From Calditrichota bacterium (GTDB lineage: Bacteria > Zhuqueibacterota > Zhuqueibacteria > Thermofontimicrobiales > Thermofontimicrobiaceae): 64,000 nt of DNA. Below are positions 19,601 through 28,103 of this stretch, one piece after another. Both the position numbers and the translations under genes were made by a program. The stretch covers positions 1,276 through 65,275 of the forward strand of contig JAADFU010000097.1 of NCBI GenBank assembly GCA_013152715.1, read 5' to 3'. How positions within the stretch are numbered: the stretch's first letter is position 1; each line of letters begins with the position of its first letter. The notes beneath the pieces are model-generated. The model was not told the origin of the DNA and ran no database searches. It saw only the letters and a list, made by a program, of their open reading frames with translations.

Positions 19601-19942
19601 ATCCAGGAAGAGTCTCTCTATTATGAGGATTTGAAGCAGTCCGGCGAATATCCGATTATAGGCGTGAATAAATTCGTGCGTGAGACAGGGGAGACGCCGT
19701 ACGACAATATGAATATTACCCGCGCCAGCGATCAGGAAAAGCAAGGAATTCTTGAAAATTTGACATCGTTCCAGTCAGAAAATCAGTCCGGAGCAAAAGA
19801 GGCGCTGGAACGACTGCGCGAAACAGCGCTGGCGAACGGGAATGTTTTTGAGGAACTGCTCAATACTGTCGAGCGCGCATCTCTGGGACAAATTACGCAT
19901 GTGTTGTACGAAGTTGGCGGGAAATATCGGAGAGGAATCTGA
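16685..19942 (+). CDS. icmF: Fused isobutyryl-CoA mutase IcmF (B12-binding domain + MeaB-like G-protein + mutase substrate domain).
   Basis: N-terminus ...[34 protein letters not shown]...VSSYQGGH matches the IcmF B12 domain. P-loop [12 protein letters not shown] of the MeaB GTPase. ~500-aa C-terminal mutase domain. TTG start with AAGGAGG 6 nt upstream. Confidence 0.85.
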   Translation: [1085 protein letters not shown]

Positions 19943-20022
19943 GCAAAATTCGCGTAGGTGTGGCACACCTTTAAGCTGTACTACACCTTGGCTGCTTTTA
20001 CAAAATCACGAAAGGGAACCGA

Positions 20023-20538
20023 ATGACTCAAGCTGACAGAATCGAAGACCTGTCAAAGGATGAGCTTTTTCAACTATTGAACATTTACGCTAAAAACTGG
20101 CTCGCTCACGATGGCTGCTGGTTTCTTTCGGTAGAGGAAAAATTCGGTCTGGAAGAGGCCATCGACCGCGATCGGGAGAGTTGGCGAAAATTTACTGTCG
20201 TTGAAGCAAAACGACTGATTGATTTTTTGGGGCTGCCGCCGAATTCAGGAATTTCAGGACTGGCGCGCGCTTTGAAATTTCGTTTGTACTCGAAATTGAA
20301 TGAAGATGAAATTTTCATCGATGGAAATGTACTGGAATATCGCGTACGCACCTGCCGCGTGCAGGCAGCGCGGCGCCGCAAAAAACTGCCCGATTTTCCG
20401 TGCAAATCCGTTGGCATTGTGGAGTACGGATTGTTCGCCAAAACAATTGATGAACGATTCGAGACCGAGGCGGTCAGTTGTCCGCCAGAAATTACGAATG
20501 AAGATTATTATTGCATCTGGCGATTTACGTTGAAGTGA
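20023..20538 (+). CDS. Conserved hypothetical cysteine-containing cytosolic protein (possibly ATC-hydrolase-like). Function unknown.
   Basis: 171-aa ORF with no signal peptide. The family assignment is tentative. Confidence 0.45.
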   Translation: MTQADRIEDLSKDELFQLLNIYAKNWLAHDGCWFLSVEEKFGLEEAIDRDRESWRKFTVVEAKRLIDFLGLPPNSGISGLARALKFRLYSKLNEDEIFIDGNVLEYRVRTCRVQAARRRKKLPDFPCKSVGIVEYGLFAKTIDERFETEAVSCPPEITNEDYYCIWRFTLK

Positions 20539-20566
20539 TTAATGCGCACGATGAATCAAGACAATT

Positions 20567-23500
20567 TTATTTTAAAATCAAACATTTTTTTGTCGCTGAA
20601 TATTCACCAGCGCTGATATGGTAGAAATATAAACCTGAAGCTGCTGTATTAGCATCCCACTGAACGGAGTAATGTCCCGCACGTTGTTGCGCATCCACCA
20701 GCGTCTTGACAATTTGGCCGGAAATGTTATAGATTACTAATTTGACATGTGCTGGTTTGGATACGTGATAGGAAATTGTTGTGTTCAAATTAAACGGATT
20801 CGGAAAATTCTGCTTCAAATCAAACCCCACGATTACCTGTCCGGTGTTGTCTTGCTTAACCGATACTGGTTCCGTCTGAAAAAATGCAAATTGAGAAAGT
20901 TGCACGGAAGTTGTCTTATTTTCACCATTGAATCGGACGGCCGGGTCTGATGGTACTGTTTCACAAACCTTTTTTGCGCTGCCAAAATTAAACAAAGAAA
21001 TGTAAAAATTATTCACGCCATGAAACCCGGGTGACGTGCGAGGAATTTTGATTTCCACGAAATCCTTATCCGCGCTATGGGCAAATTCGCCGCCGGTGGG
21101 TAACGAGCCATATCCTCCGGTGTGTTGCACCCAACTTCCGCTGTTCCAAGTGTAATATTTGGGACTGCTTCCCGACCACCCTCCGGTATCTTTGTGATAC
21201 GCATAAATTGAAATGTCCGGAAGATGTCGTGGTACGGCAGTGACGTCACATGTCCATTTGTCATAAGTTCCGCCCGACCCGACGATATTGTCCGTGTCAA
21301 TGTAAATCCCAAAATGCAAGCCAATGTTCTGGCAGGGCGTCCGGAACCCGAAATAAACATTGACGCTATCCATGTAAACATAGAGCGAGTCTAACTGATA
21401 TTCTGGATTGAGCTGGGCACTATCCGTGTCAACTGCTAACGGCTCGATACCCATTGACAACCAGTCCGACGGATCCCCGTCAATGCAAATTGTGTTGGAA
21501 TCAGGTTTTTCCTCGTTGCTCATATTGAAACCATAAAAATTGGTCAAAACAGTTATGGCAGTGGATTTATTTTCTGCTGTAAATTGAATGGAAGAATCTG
21601 AAGGAATTGATTCCGATGCGCCGGCGCCGCTGGTTTCGCCCACCGTGAATAGTTCCACAAAAAAACTATCTGTGCCGTTAAAACCGGGCGCAGTTTTAGG
21701 GATTGCTAATTCAAAAAAGCGATTGGTGCTGTCGATGGAAAAAATTCCGCCTGTGGGCAGACTGCCCATGCCGCCGGAAGCACTTATCCATTGCGAGTTA
21801 GCCTGATCCCAGTGATAGAATTTGGGGCTGCTGCTTGACCAGGTATCGTCATTTTTGTGATAGGCGTAAATTTCAATTTCCGGCAGATGACGGGAAACAG
21901 CGGTAATTGCCTTGCCCCAGCGGTCGGTCGTTCCTCCTGATCCCGGTATATTGTCGGTGTCGATATACATTCCGTAGGAAATTCCCTTTGTCCGGGCAGG
22001 AGCGTCGAATCCGAAGTAAAAATAATTGGCATCCTGTGTAATGAAAAAACGTTCCAATTTCAGTTCGGGATCTGTCTGGAGATTGTCTGTGTCTTCTATC
22101 GGAGCAATTTTCCATGAATGCCAGTCTTTGTCGTTCCCGTCCGTTTGCATGGAATAATGCACATCTCCTACGCTGCCGTTTTGACGAATCATTTCGACCC
22201 ACAGGTTATCCCGGGTGACGTAAATTTTGCAATAGTGAAATACTTTTTCGACATATACAGAAAAAGGATTAATCCCCGGATAGTAGTCGTAAAGAGTGGC
22301 TCCTGCTCCGCCGGTGGTAATGTATGGTATTCCATTAATGATACTTCGTTCGTAAAGATGGTTGTGTCCGCAAAAAATCAGATCGACACCGTACTCCTCA
22401 AAGATGGGGAGCAAGTATTGTTGCACTTCAAGATTGCCGCCATGCTTACCGGAGCTGTAAGGCGGTTCATGGAAGAATACGATAGTGTAAGAAATCTCCT
22501 CGCCAATGGATTGAAGGTCATTTAGCAACCAATCTTGTTGCTCACTTCCTGCTTTAAAATCCTGGTAAATATCCAAGCCAATAATATGAACGTTGTTATA
22601 GTCAAAAGAATACCAATGCCCCTGGTAGCTATCGGAAGAACTGTTGTCGGGAAATGTGAAAAAACTTGTCAAATAGGGTGAATTTTCCTCGTGATTACCA
22701 TAAATAACCATCATTGGCGTGGTACTTGTGAGATTTTGATGGTCATGCAAGACATCAAACCATTGATTGAGCTGGGTGCCGTCTTGCACCAGATCACCGG
22801 TATGAAGCACAAACGTCGGATGTTCCCGGATAATGTTATTTAAAATTGTAGTATTGACCGCAGGCTGGTTGTCGCCAAAGGCAATGAACATAAATGAGCT
22901 ATCCTGCGGCGGCGCCGTGGTGAAACTCAACGTATCGCTTTGATAAATTCCCTGAGTTTCTACTTGATAAAAATATGTTGTGTTGGGTTGCAGATCAGTC
23001 AAACGGGCGACGTGAATCAAGCTGTCGTTTTTTGTGACCATATCCCGACTTTCTTCCACGACAAGTTGATTCTCGCTAATGTCGTTAATCCCATAACGAA
23101 CGGTGTTCGTGCCTTTTGCTGCAGAAGCCCAGGTGATTGCTATGGAAGTTTGCGGGGAATCATTGTAAATTGTAACGACCGGATCGACATTTTCCGGAGT
23201 CACCGGATTTAATACATCCCGCCAGGTGGAAACGGTATCATTAATCGTGATGGCGTAAAACGGTACATGAACTTCACGATTGTCAATTTCGTTGCCCTGT
23301 TCGTCTTTTTCCACGCTATTCCAACTGCCTCGAGTGTATTTGTATTCATAAGTATTATTCGGTGATAACGAAAGCGTCAATTGCCATTGATTGGCTGAAA
23401 TTTTTGTCATGGGTAAATCATCGGAGGAAGAGCCTTCTCCTGATCCGGGGTCCCAATTATTCATGGTTCCGGCGATAAAAACAGTATCACTTTCAGGAGT

Positions 23501-23638
23501 ATTTTCCGGAACGGTGACTATGAAAGTTACAAATACATCTAATTTCCCTTCCGGGTGATTTTCAGCAATCAAGACATTAATATTGATAACAAGGGCAAGA
23601 AATAAGATGCTAATAGCAAGAAAGAAATTTTTTTTCAT
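20567..23638 (-). CDS. Large secreted metallophosphoesterase with an N-terminal carbohydrate-binding-like domain, a PAP FN3-like domain, two tandem ~170-aa repeat domains and a T9SS CTD.
   Basis: Signal peptide. CBM20/48-like W-rich domain. Metallophosphatase motifs (HTGDLVQDG, GNHE, GHNHLYER). Internal duplication TDNIPGSGGTTDRWG.../TDNIVGSGGTYDKWT... C-terminal NFPNPFNLNTTISY...LYFYHISAGEYSATKKCLILK. Confidence 0.75.
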   Translation of the reverse strand: MKKNFFLAISILFLALVININVLIAENHPEGKLDVFVTFIVTVPENTPESDTVFIAGTMNNWDPGSGEGSSSDDLPMTKISANQWQLTLSLSPNNTYEYKYTRGSWNSVEKDEQGNEIDNREVHVPFYAITINDTVSTWRDVLNPVTPENVDPVVTIYNDSPQTSIAITWASAAKGTNTVRYGINDISENQLVVEESRDMVTKNDSLIHVARLTDLQPNTTYFYQVETQGIYQSDTLSFTTAPPQDSSFMFIAFGDNQPAVNTTILNNIIREHPTFVLHTGDLVQDGTQLNQWFDVLHDHQNLTSTTPMMVIYGNHEENSPYLTSFFTFPDNSSSDSYQGHWYSFDYNNVHIIGLDIYQDFKAGSEQQDWLLNDLQSIGEEISYTIVFFHEPPYSSGKHGGNLEVQQYLLPIFEEYGVDLIFCGHNHLYERSIINGIPYITTGGAGATLYDYYPGINPFSVYVEKVFHYCKIYVTRDNLWVEMIRQNGSVGDVHYSMQTDGNDKDWHSWKIAPIEDTDNLQTDPELKLERFFITQDANYFYFGFDAPARTKGISYGMYIDTDNIPGSGGTTDRWGKAITAVSRHLPEIEIYAYHKNDDTWSSSSPKFYHWDQANSQWISASGGMGSLPTGGIFSIDSTNRFFELAIPKTAPGFNGTDSFFVELFTVGETSGAGASESIPSDSSIQFTAENKSTAITVLTNFYGFNMSNEEKPDSNTICIDGDPSDWLSMGIEPLAVDTDSAQLNPEYQLDSLYVYMDSVNVYFGFRTPCQNIGLHFGIYIDTDNIVGSGGTYDKWTCDVTAVPRHLPDISIYAYHKDTGGWSGSSPKYYTWNSGSWVQHTGGYGSLPTGGEFAHSADKDFVEIKIPRTSPGFHGVNNFYISLFNFGSAKKVCETVPSDPAVRFNGENKTTSVQLSQFAFFQTEPVSVKQDNTGQVIVGFDLKQNFPNPFNLNTTISYHVSKPAHVKLVIYNISGQIVKTLVDAQQRAGHYSVQWDANTAASGLYFYHISAGEYSATKKCLILK

Positions 23639-24065
23639 ACTGAATTTCCTTTAAACGATTGGGCAATCTTCAACAGAAGGCCTATTTGAATTTTTGGCTG
23701 GTAAAAAATTCTGGCGATAGTCAAATTTATTTTGTAACAATTGATAATTGTGGACCATTTGCCATTCTTTGCATAACCTGTAATTTAATTTCATTGAAGC
23801 TTGGTTTGATTTCAGATGATTTAAAAATGTTTTCTGAAGAATCTATATGCGCAATAAAGATTATTTCCGCAGATAATGATAAGTAACTTTATCCCAAAAT
23901 TCTAAATTAAAGTCATAAAAAGTATGTTGCAAACTATTGAAACGGTTTTTTGGATCTTGGTTGCTTAATGACATAACAACCGAATTAATAGTTCGGATGT
24001 TATGCCATCAAACCCCAAAACATGAAACTACTTCAACAGTTTTTTATAGCGGTCAATTCATAAAT

Positions 24066-25568
24066 TTAGCTTTTGCTAAAAGTTTCCTTGGTAATTTTAG
24101 ATACAATACCCGATAAAAATAGTAATCCTATCAGGTTTGGAATTGCCATAATTGCATTGAAGCTGTCTCCCAGATTCCAAATGATGTCCATGTAATGACC
24201 AGTGAGCAAAGCACCAAAAAATAGCAAACCAATGAAAATTGTACGATAAATCTTGTCAGATTTCACACCCCAGATGTACCCGAAACATTGCTCACCATAA
24301 TAGGCCCAGCCCAAAAGCGTGGTGTAGCCGAAAATCAGCGAGCCGATAGCGATGATGATGCCGCCGAACGGAATGACTGAATTAAACGCTTCCACAGTGA
24401 GTGCAGTACTGGAGAGGCCTCCGGCAGAAATATCATAGCCGATTTTATGCGCCATATCTATTACTTGCGGATGGAGATTATTAATAACATCAGGCGTTAA
24501 TTTTTGTCCTTCCTTTACTAATGCGACGCCGCACGCTGGTGTCAGTTTCCACACACCAGTAACAACAATGGTCAGAGTCGTCAGCGTGTTGACCAGAATG
24601 GTGTCGATGAAAACGCCGGTCATGCCGAGAAGTCCGTTGAACGTCGGGTCCGGCGATTTTGCTGCGCTCTGAGCAATGGCAGCGGAGCCAAGACCCGCTT
24701 CGTTGGAAAGCACGCCGCGCCGCACGCCCAAACTGATCGCTTTTTGCACCGAGGTGCCGATGAGCGCGCCTCCGGCGGCTTGCAGGGAAAATGCGGATTT
24801 GAAAATGAGTACAAAAGCATCGTCAATTTGAGTGAATCTCGCAATTAAAATTGCCAGTGCGCCGGCAAGGTAGAAAATGATCATCGCCGGAACTAACTTT
24901 TCTGCCACGGCGCCGATTCTTTTGATGCCGCCCAAAATAACAATTCCGACTAAAACAGTGATTACGATGGCACTGATTAAAGTGGGGACGCCAAACTGCT
25001 GTTTCATTGCCAGCGCCATGGAATTGGACTGCATCATATTTCCTGTCCCGAAGAGAGCAGTCATCCCACCCCCGACTGCGAATAACATACCCAAAAATTT
25101 AGCAAATTGCTTCTTTTTAATGCCGTAACGGATGTAGTACATGGGGCCGCCTGCCATAGAACCGTCTTTTGCAACTTTGCGGTATTTGACGCCAAGAAAG
25201 CACTCCGCATATTTCGTTGCCATGCCAAACAATCCCGACACCCACATCCACAATGGCGCCCCGGGACCGCCGGTGGCAATCGCCGCGGCGACGCCGGCAA
25301 TATTCCCGTTTCCCACTGTGGCGGCTAAGGCGGTCATTAGCGCGGCAAAAGGCGAAATATCGCCTTCAGTGTCTTTAAGAACTTTGCTTTTTTTGCCGCC
25401 CTGAAAAAGATATTTCAGCGAAAGGAAAAATTTTCTGAACTGAATAAACCGCGTCATCAAACTGAGCAAAATGCCCGTGCCTACCAACAGTGCAATCATC
25501 CAGTTGCCCCACATGAATTTTACAAATGAATCCATGAAAGCATAAACAGCATCCAAAATTCCAGACAT
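24066..25568 (-). CDS. Sodium:alanine (amino-acid:cation) symporter, AGCS family.
   Basis: ~10 TM helices. AGCS signature region ...ALMTALAATVGNGNIAGVAAAIATGGPGA... Confidence 0.8.
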   Translation of the reverse strand: MSGILDAVYAFMDSFVKFMWGNWMIALLVGTGILLSLMTRFIQFRKFFLSLKYLFQGGKKSKVLKDTEGDISPFAALMTALAATVGNGNIAGVAAAIATGGPGAPLWMWVSGLFGMATKYAECFLGVKYRKVAKDGSMAGGPMYYIRYGIKKKQFAKFLGMLFAVGGGMTALFGTGNMMQSNSMALAMKQQFGVPTLISAIVITVLVGIVILGGIKRIGAVAEKLVPAMIIFYLAGALAILIARFTQIDDAFVLIFKSAFSLQAAGGALIGTSVQKAISLGVRRGVLSNEAGLGSAAIAQSAAKSPDPTFNGLLGMTGVFIDTILVNTLTTLTIVVTGVWKLTPACGVALVKEGQKLTPDVINNLHPQVIDMAHKIGYDISAGGLSSTALTVEAFNSVIPFGGIIIAIGSLIFGYTTLLGWAYYGEQCFGYIWGVKSDKIYRTIFIGLLFFGALLTGHYMDIIWNLGDSFNAIMAIPNLIGLLFLSGIVSKITKETFSKS

Positions 25569-25722
25569 TGGCGTCTCCTCACTGTTACTCGCGTTTTCTG
25601 TTGCTAATTACTTGAGATGCAATAAATACTAAAATAAAATTTATCTTTAATTATGCAAGCAAAAAATGTCAAAGAAATAAAATAAGTAGCGGTCGGTTCA
25701 CGGAGAAAAGCGATTCCCCCCC

Positions 25723-28002
25723 TTACTTTCTCTTAATTTTTCCGCGCTCTTTTTGCAACAGCTTGACAAATTCAGGATGAATCTGGTAACCCAAATTTTT
25801 TGCCAGTTGAATATGCTGCCAGGCGAGATCGATTTTTCCTGCGCTGTGATAAGCGACGGCGAGATTGTTGTGCGCTTTGGCAAGATTGGAATTCAACGAA
25901 ACCGCAGTTTCCAGACTCTCAATTGCTTCCTTCAACATCTTTTTCCGATAATAACAAACACCGAGGCTGGAATAGGCGTCGGCGTAATCCGGCTGGCATT
26001 GAATGGCTTTTTTGAAATAGACAATGGCGGAATCCGTTTTAAATTGCTCAAAAAGCACCAGCCCTAAATCATAGTAGGCCTCGGCGTAATTCGGATTATA
26101 GGAAATTGCCTTTTTGAATTCTTCAAGCGCTCGGTTGTAATTGCCTTGCTTGTGATAGATGACACCCAACCCTTCGTGCGCGTGCGGGTAGTCAGGTTTC
26201 AGTTTGATCGCTGCTTGGTAAGCTTTTTTTGCTTCCTCCAGCTTGTTTTGAATGTAATAAATTCGCCCAATGTTGGATTGCGAAACATAGTCTTCCGGGT
26301 CTAATTCCAATGCTTTCTGATAATTTTTCATAGCTTCATCCGGAAAGCCGGAATTTTCCAGCGCAAAACCTAAATTGGTGTAAGATTCGGAAAAACCGGA
26401 ATTCAGTGCAATCGCTTTTTTGAAATAACCAATGGCTTTGTCGAGCTCGCCGTTTTTCACCGCGCTGTTTCCGATCATGTAATAATATTCGAAATTATTT
26501 TTCAGCGAAACGGCGTTGCGGCGCAAAATGTCATATTTTTCTTTTTCTTTTCCTGCCCAGCCGAGCACCTTGGCGAGGTTCAAAATTCCTTCTTTAAAAT
26601 AATTTGTCGGCAGCTTTTGCAATTCAGCGGCATAAATTTTGTGCAATTTTTTTTGATCAATCTGATTCTGCGTGGGAACGAGCTGTTTTTGCTTCAGCGT
26701 TTCGGCAATTTTTTCTGCGATCATCTGCTGCGCCCGAATTGTCGGATGCACGTGATCGATGAAATAGCGGCTTCCGGGGATGGAATGATTTTGTGCATCG
26801 GCAAAAAGCGGTTCCAGATCGACGAGCGGAATTTGATATTGGGCGCTCAAATTCCGAATCGCCTGGTTGATTCCGGCGGGTGCACGCAAAGGACAAACGT
26901 CCAATTCCTGTGCGAGGAAAAAATATTTTTTAGCTAATTCAAATTGATTTGTGGCGTACAAACACTGCGCAATGCGAAAAGCCAATTCTGCGTACTGATC
27001 GTCAATGGAAAAATCTTCATAGTAATTCGTCAGCGCTTCTGTAAAATTCCGCTGTTCTTGAAATTGGATTCCCTTTTGAAAATATTTGTCCCAAGTTCTG
27101 ACTTGTTCAGCGGAAAGGTCTGATTTATGCTCTGATTTGAACGGGGAGAAATCTTTGACATTGCTGACGACGGTACACAAAATCAGAGGTATGGCGCGCT
27201 CGCGCGAGAGTTGAATGATGCGTTCCAGATTGTAGCGAAAATGGGAAATTGTTTGTTTTTTTTGAATGCTTTCTCTGGTGTAACGATCCAGCCCGGCGCT
27301 GGCGTCGAGTATGGCGCTGACTTCACCTTTCAGCTTTGTTTTTTTCGGTTTGATTTTTTGTTTGATGGCATTGACGGATTTGCGCAGCAAGCGGTAGGTT
27401 TGAAATTTGTCAAGAAGAACACGTACCTTTTTGAGACGCGCATCTTGTTTTAAAATGTTTTCGTACGTTCTTGCTTCCAGAAATTCATTGTGGCCGCTGT
27501 AAACGATGAACAAATCAGGTTGATAATTGGCAGCTTCTTTGACCAGGTTGACGATGCGATAGCTGGCGTAGGAAATTCCGCCGCAATTGATGACTTCGTA
27601 GTGGTGCGTTGCATCCGCCAAATTGAGGTTGATCTCCAGCCAACGGGGAAACGCAGTTTCGGCGCGGTACGGTCTGCCGTAAGTCGTGGAGCCGCCGAAA
27701 CAAAAAATGCGAAAAACGCTGTCCGGTTTTGCTTTGAAAAATTGCTGGTCGTTGAAAAATGACAATTTATTGGAATTTGTGCGATAGATTTTTTCCCCAT
27801 TTGGCGCTTTCTTCTCACCGAACAGCGGATAAACGTTTTCGAATCCGACAAAGGGGTCTGCTTCGGAAAAGCGATCGGCGACGTCAAACGCTTGCAATAG
27901 CAATTCAATTATTAAAATCACGAGCAAACCAAAACCGATGAGCAATATTTTCTGCAACAAAGTCGTATTTTTTGCCGTCGTAGATTTGCTTTTCGCCGCC
28001 AT
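25723..28002 (-). CDS. Membrane-anchored SGNH/GDSL-like hydrolase domain fused to a C-terminal TPR repeat array.
   Basis: N-terminal TM helix. FCFGGSTTYG...VYSGHNEF...IDHVHP blocks. At least 8 TPR units (AYYDLG, AHNNLAV and others). Confidence 0.6.
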   Translation of the reverse strand: MAAKSKSTTAKNTTLLQKILLIGFGLLVILIIELLLQAFDVADRFSEADPFVGFENVYPLFGEKKAPNGEKIYRTNSNKLSFFNDQQFFKAKPDSVFRIFCFGGSTTYGRPYRAETAFPRWLEINLNLADATHHYEVINCGGISYASYRIVNLVKEAANYQPDLFIVYSGHNEFLEARTYENILKQDARLKKVRVLLDKFQTYRLLRKSVNAIKQKIKPKKTKLKGEVSAILDASAGLDRYTRESIQKKQTISHFRYNLERIIQLSRERAIPLILCTVVSNVKDFSPFKSEHKSDLSAEQVRTWDKYFQKGIQFQEQRNFTEALTNYYEDFSIDDQYAELAFRIAQCLYATNQFELAKKYFFLAQELDVCPLRAPAGINQAIRNLSAQYQIPLVDLEPLFADAQNHSIPGSRYFIDHVHPTIRAQQMIAEKIAETLKQKQLVPTQNQIDQKKLHKIYAAELQKLPTNYFKEGILNLAKVLGWAGKEKEKYDILRRNAVSLKNNFEYYYMIGNSAVKNGELDKAIGYFKKAIALNSGFSESYTNLGFALENSGFPDEAMKNYQKALELDPEDYVSQSNIGRIYYIQNKLEEAKKAYQAAIKLKPDYPHAHEGLGVIYHKQGNYNRALEEFKKAISYNPNYAEAYYDLGLVLFEQFKTDSAIVYFKKAIQCQPDYADAYSSLGVCYYRKKMLKEAIESLETAVSLNSNLAKAHNNLAVAYHSAGKIDLAWQHIQLAKNLGYQIHPEFVKLLQKERGKIKRK

Positions 28003-28103
28003 TTTTTCCTCAGTTTATTTTCAGGGGAAAGACAAACGGGCATTGCGCCCGTTTATTTGAAAAAAATTTCTTTTTAGTATGACTTTTCAATCAAACAAAA
28101 ACA

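Noticed and set aside
23639-24065. Imperfect 13-bp inverted repeat (CATAACAACCGAA...TTCGGATGTTATG) at ~23950-24000 in the gap downstream of the alanine symporter.
   Set aside because: No adjacent U-tract on either strand and one mismatch. Could be a weak terminator, but evidence is insufficient.
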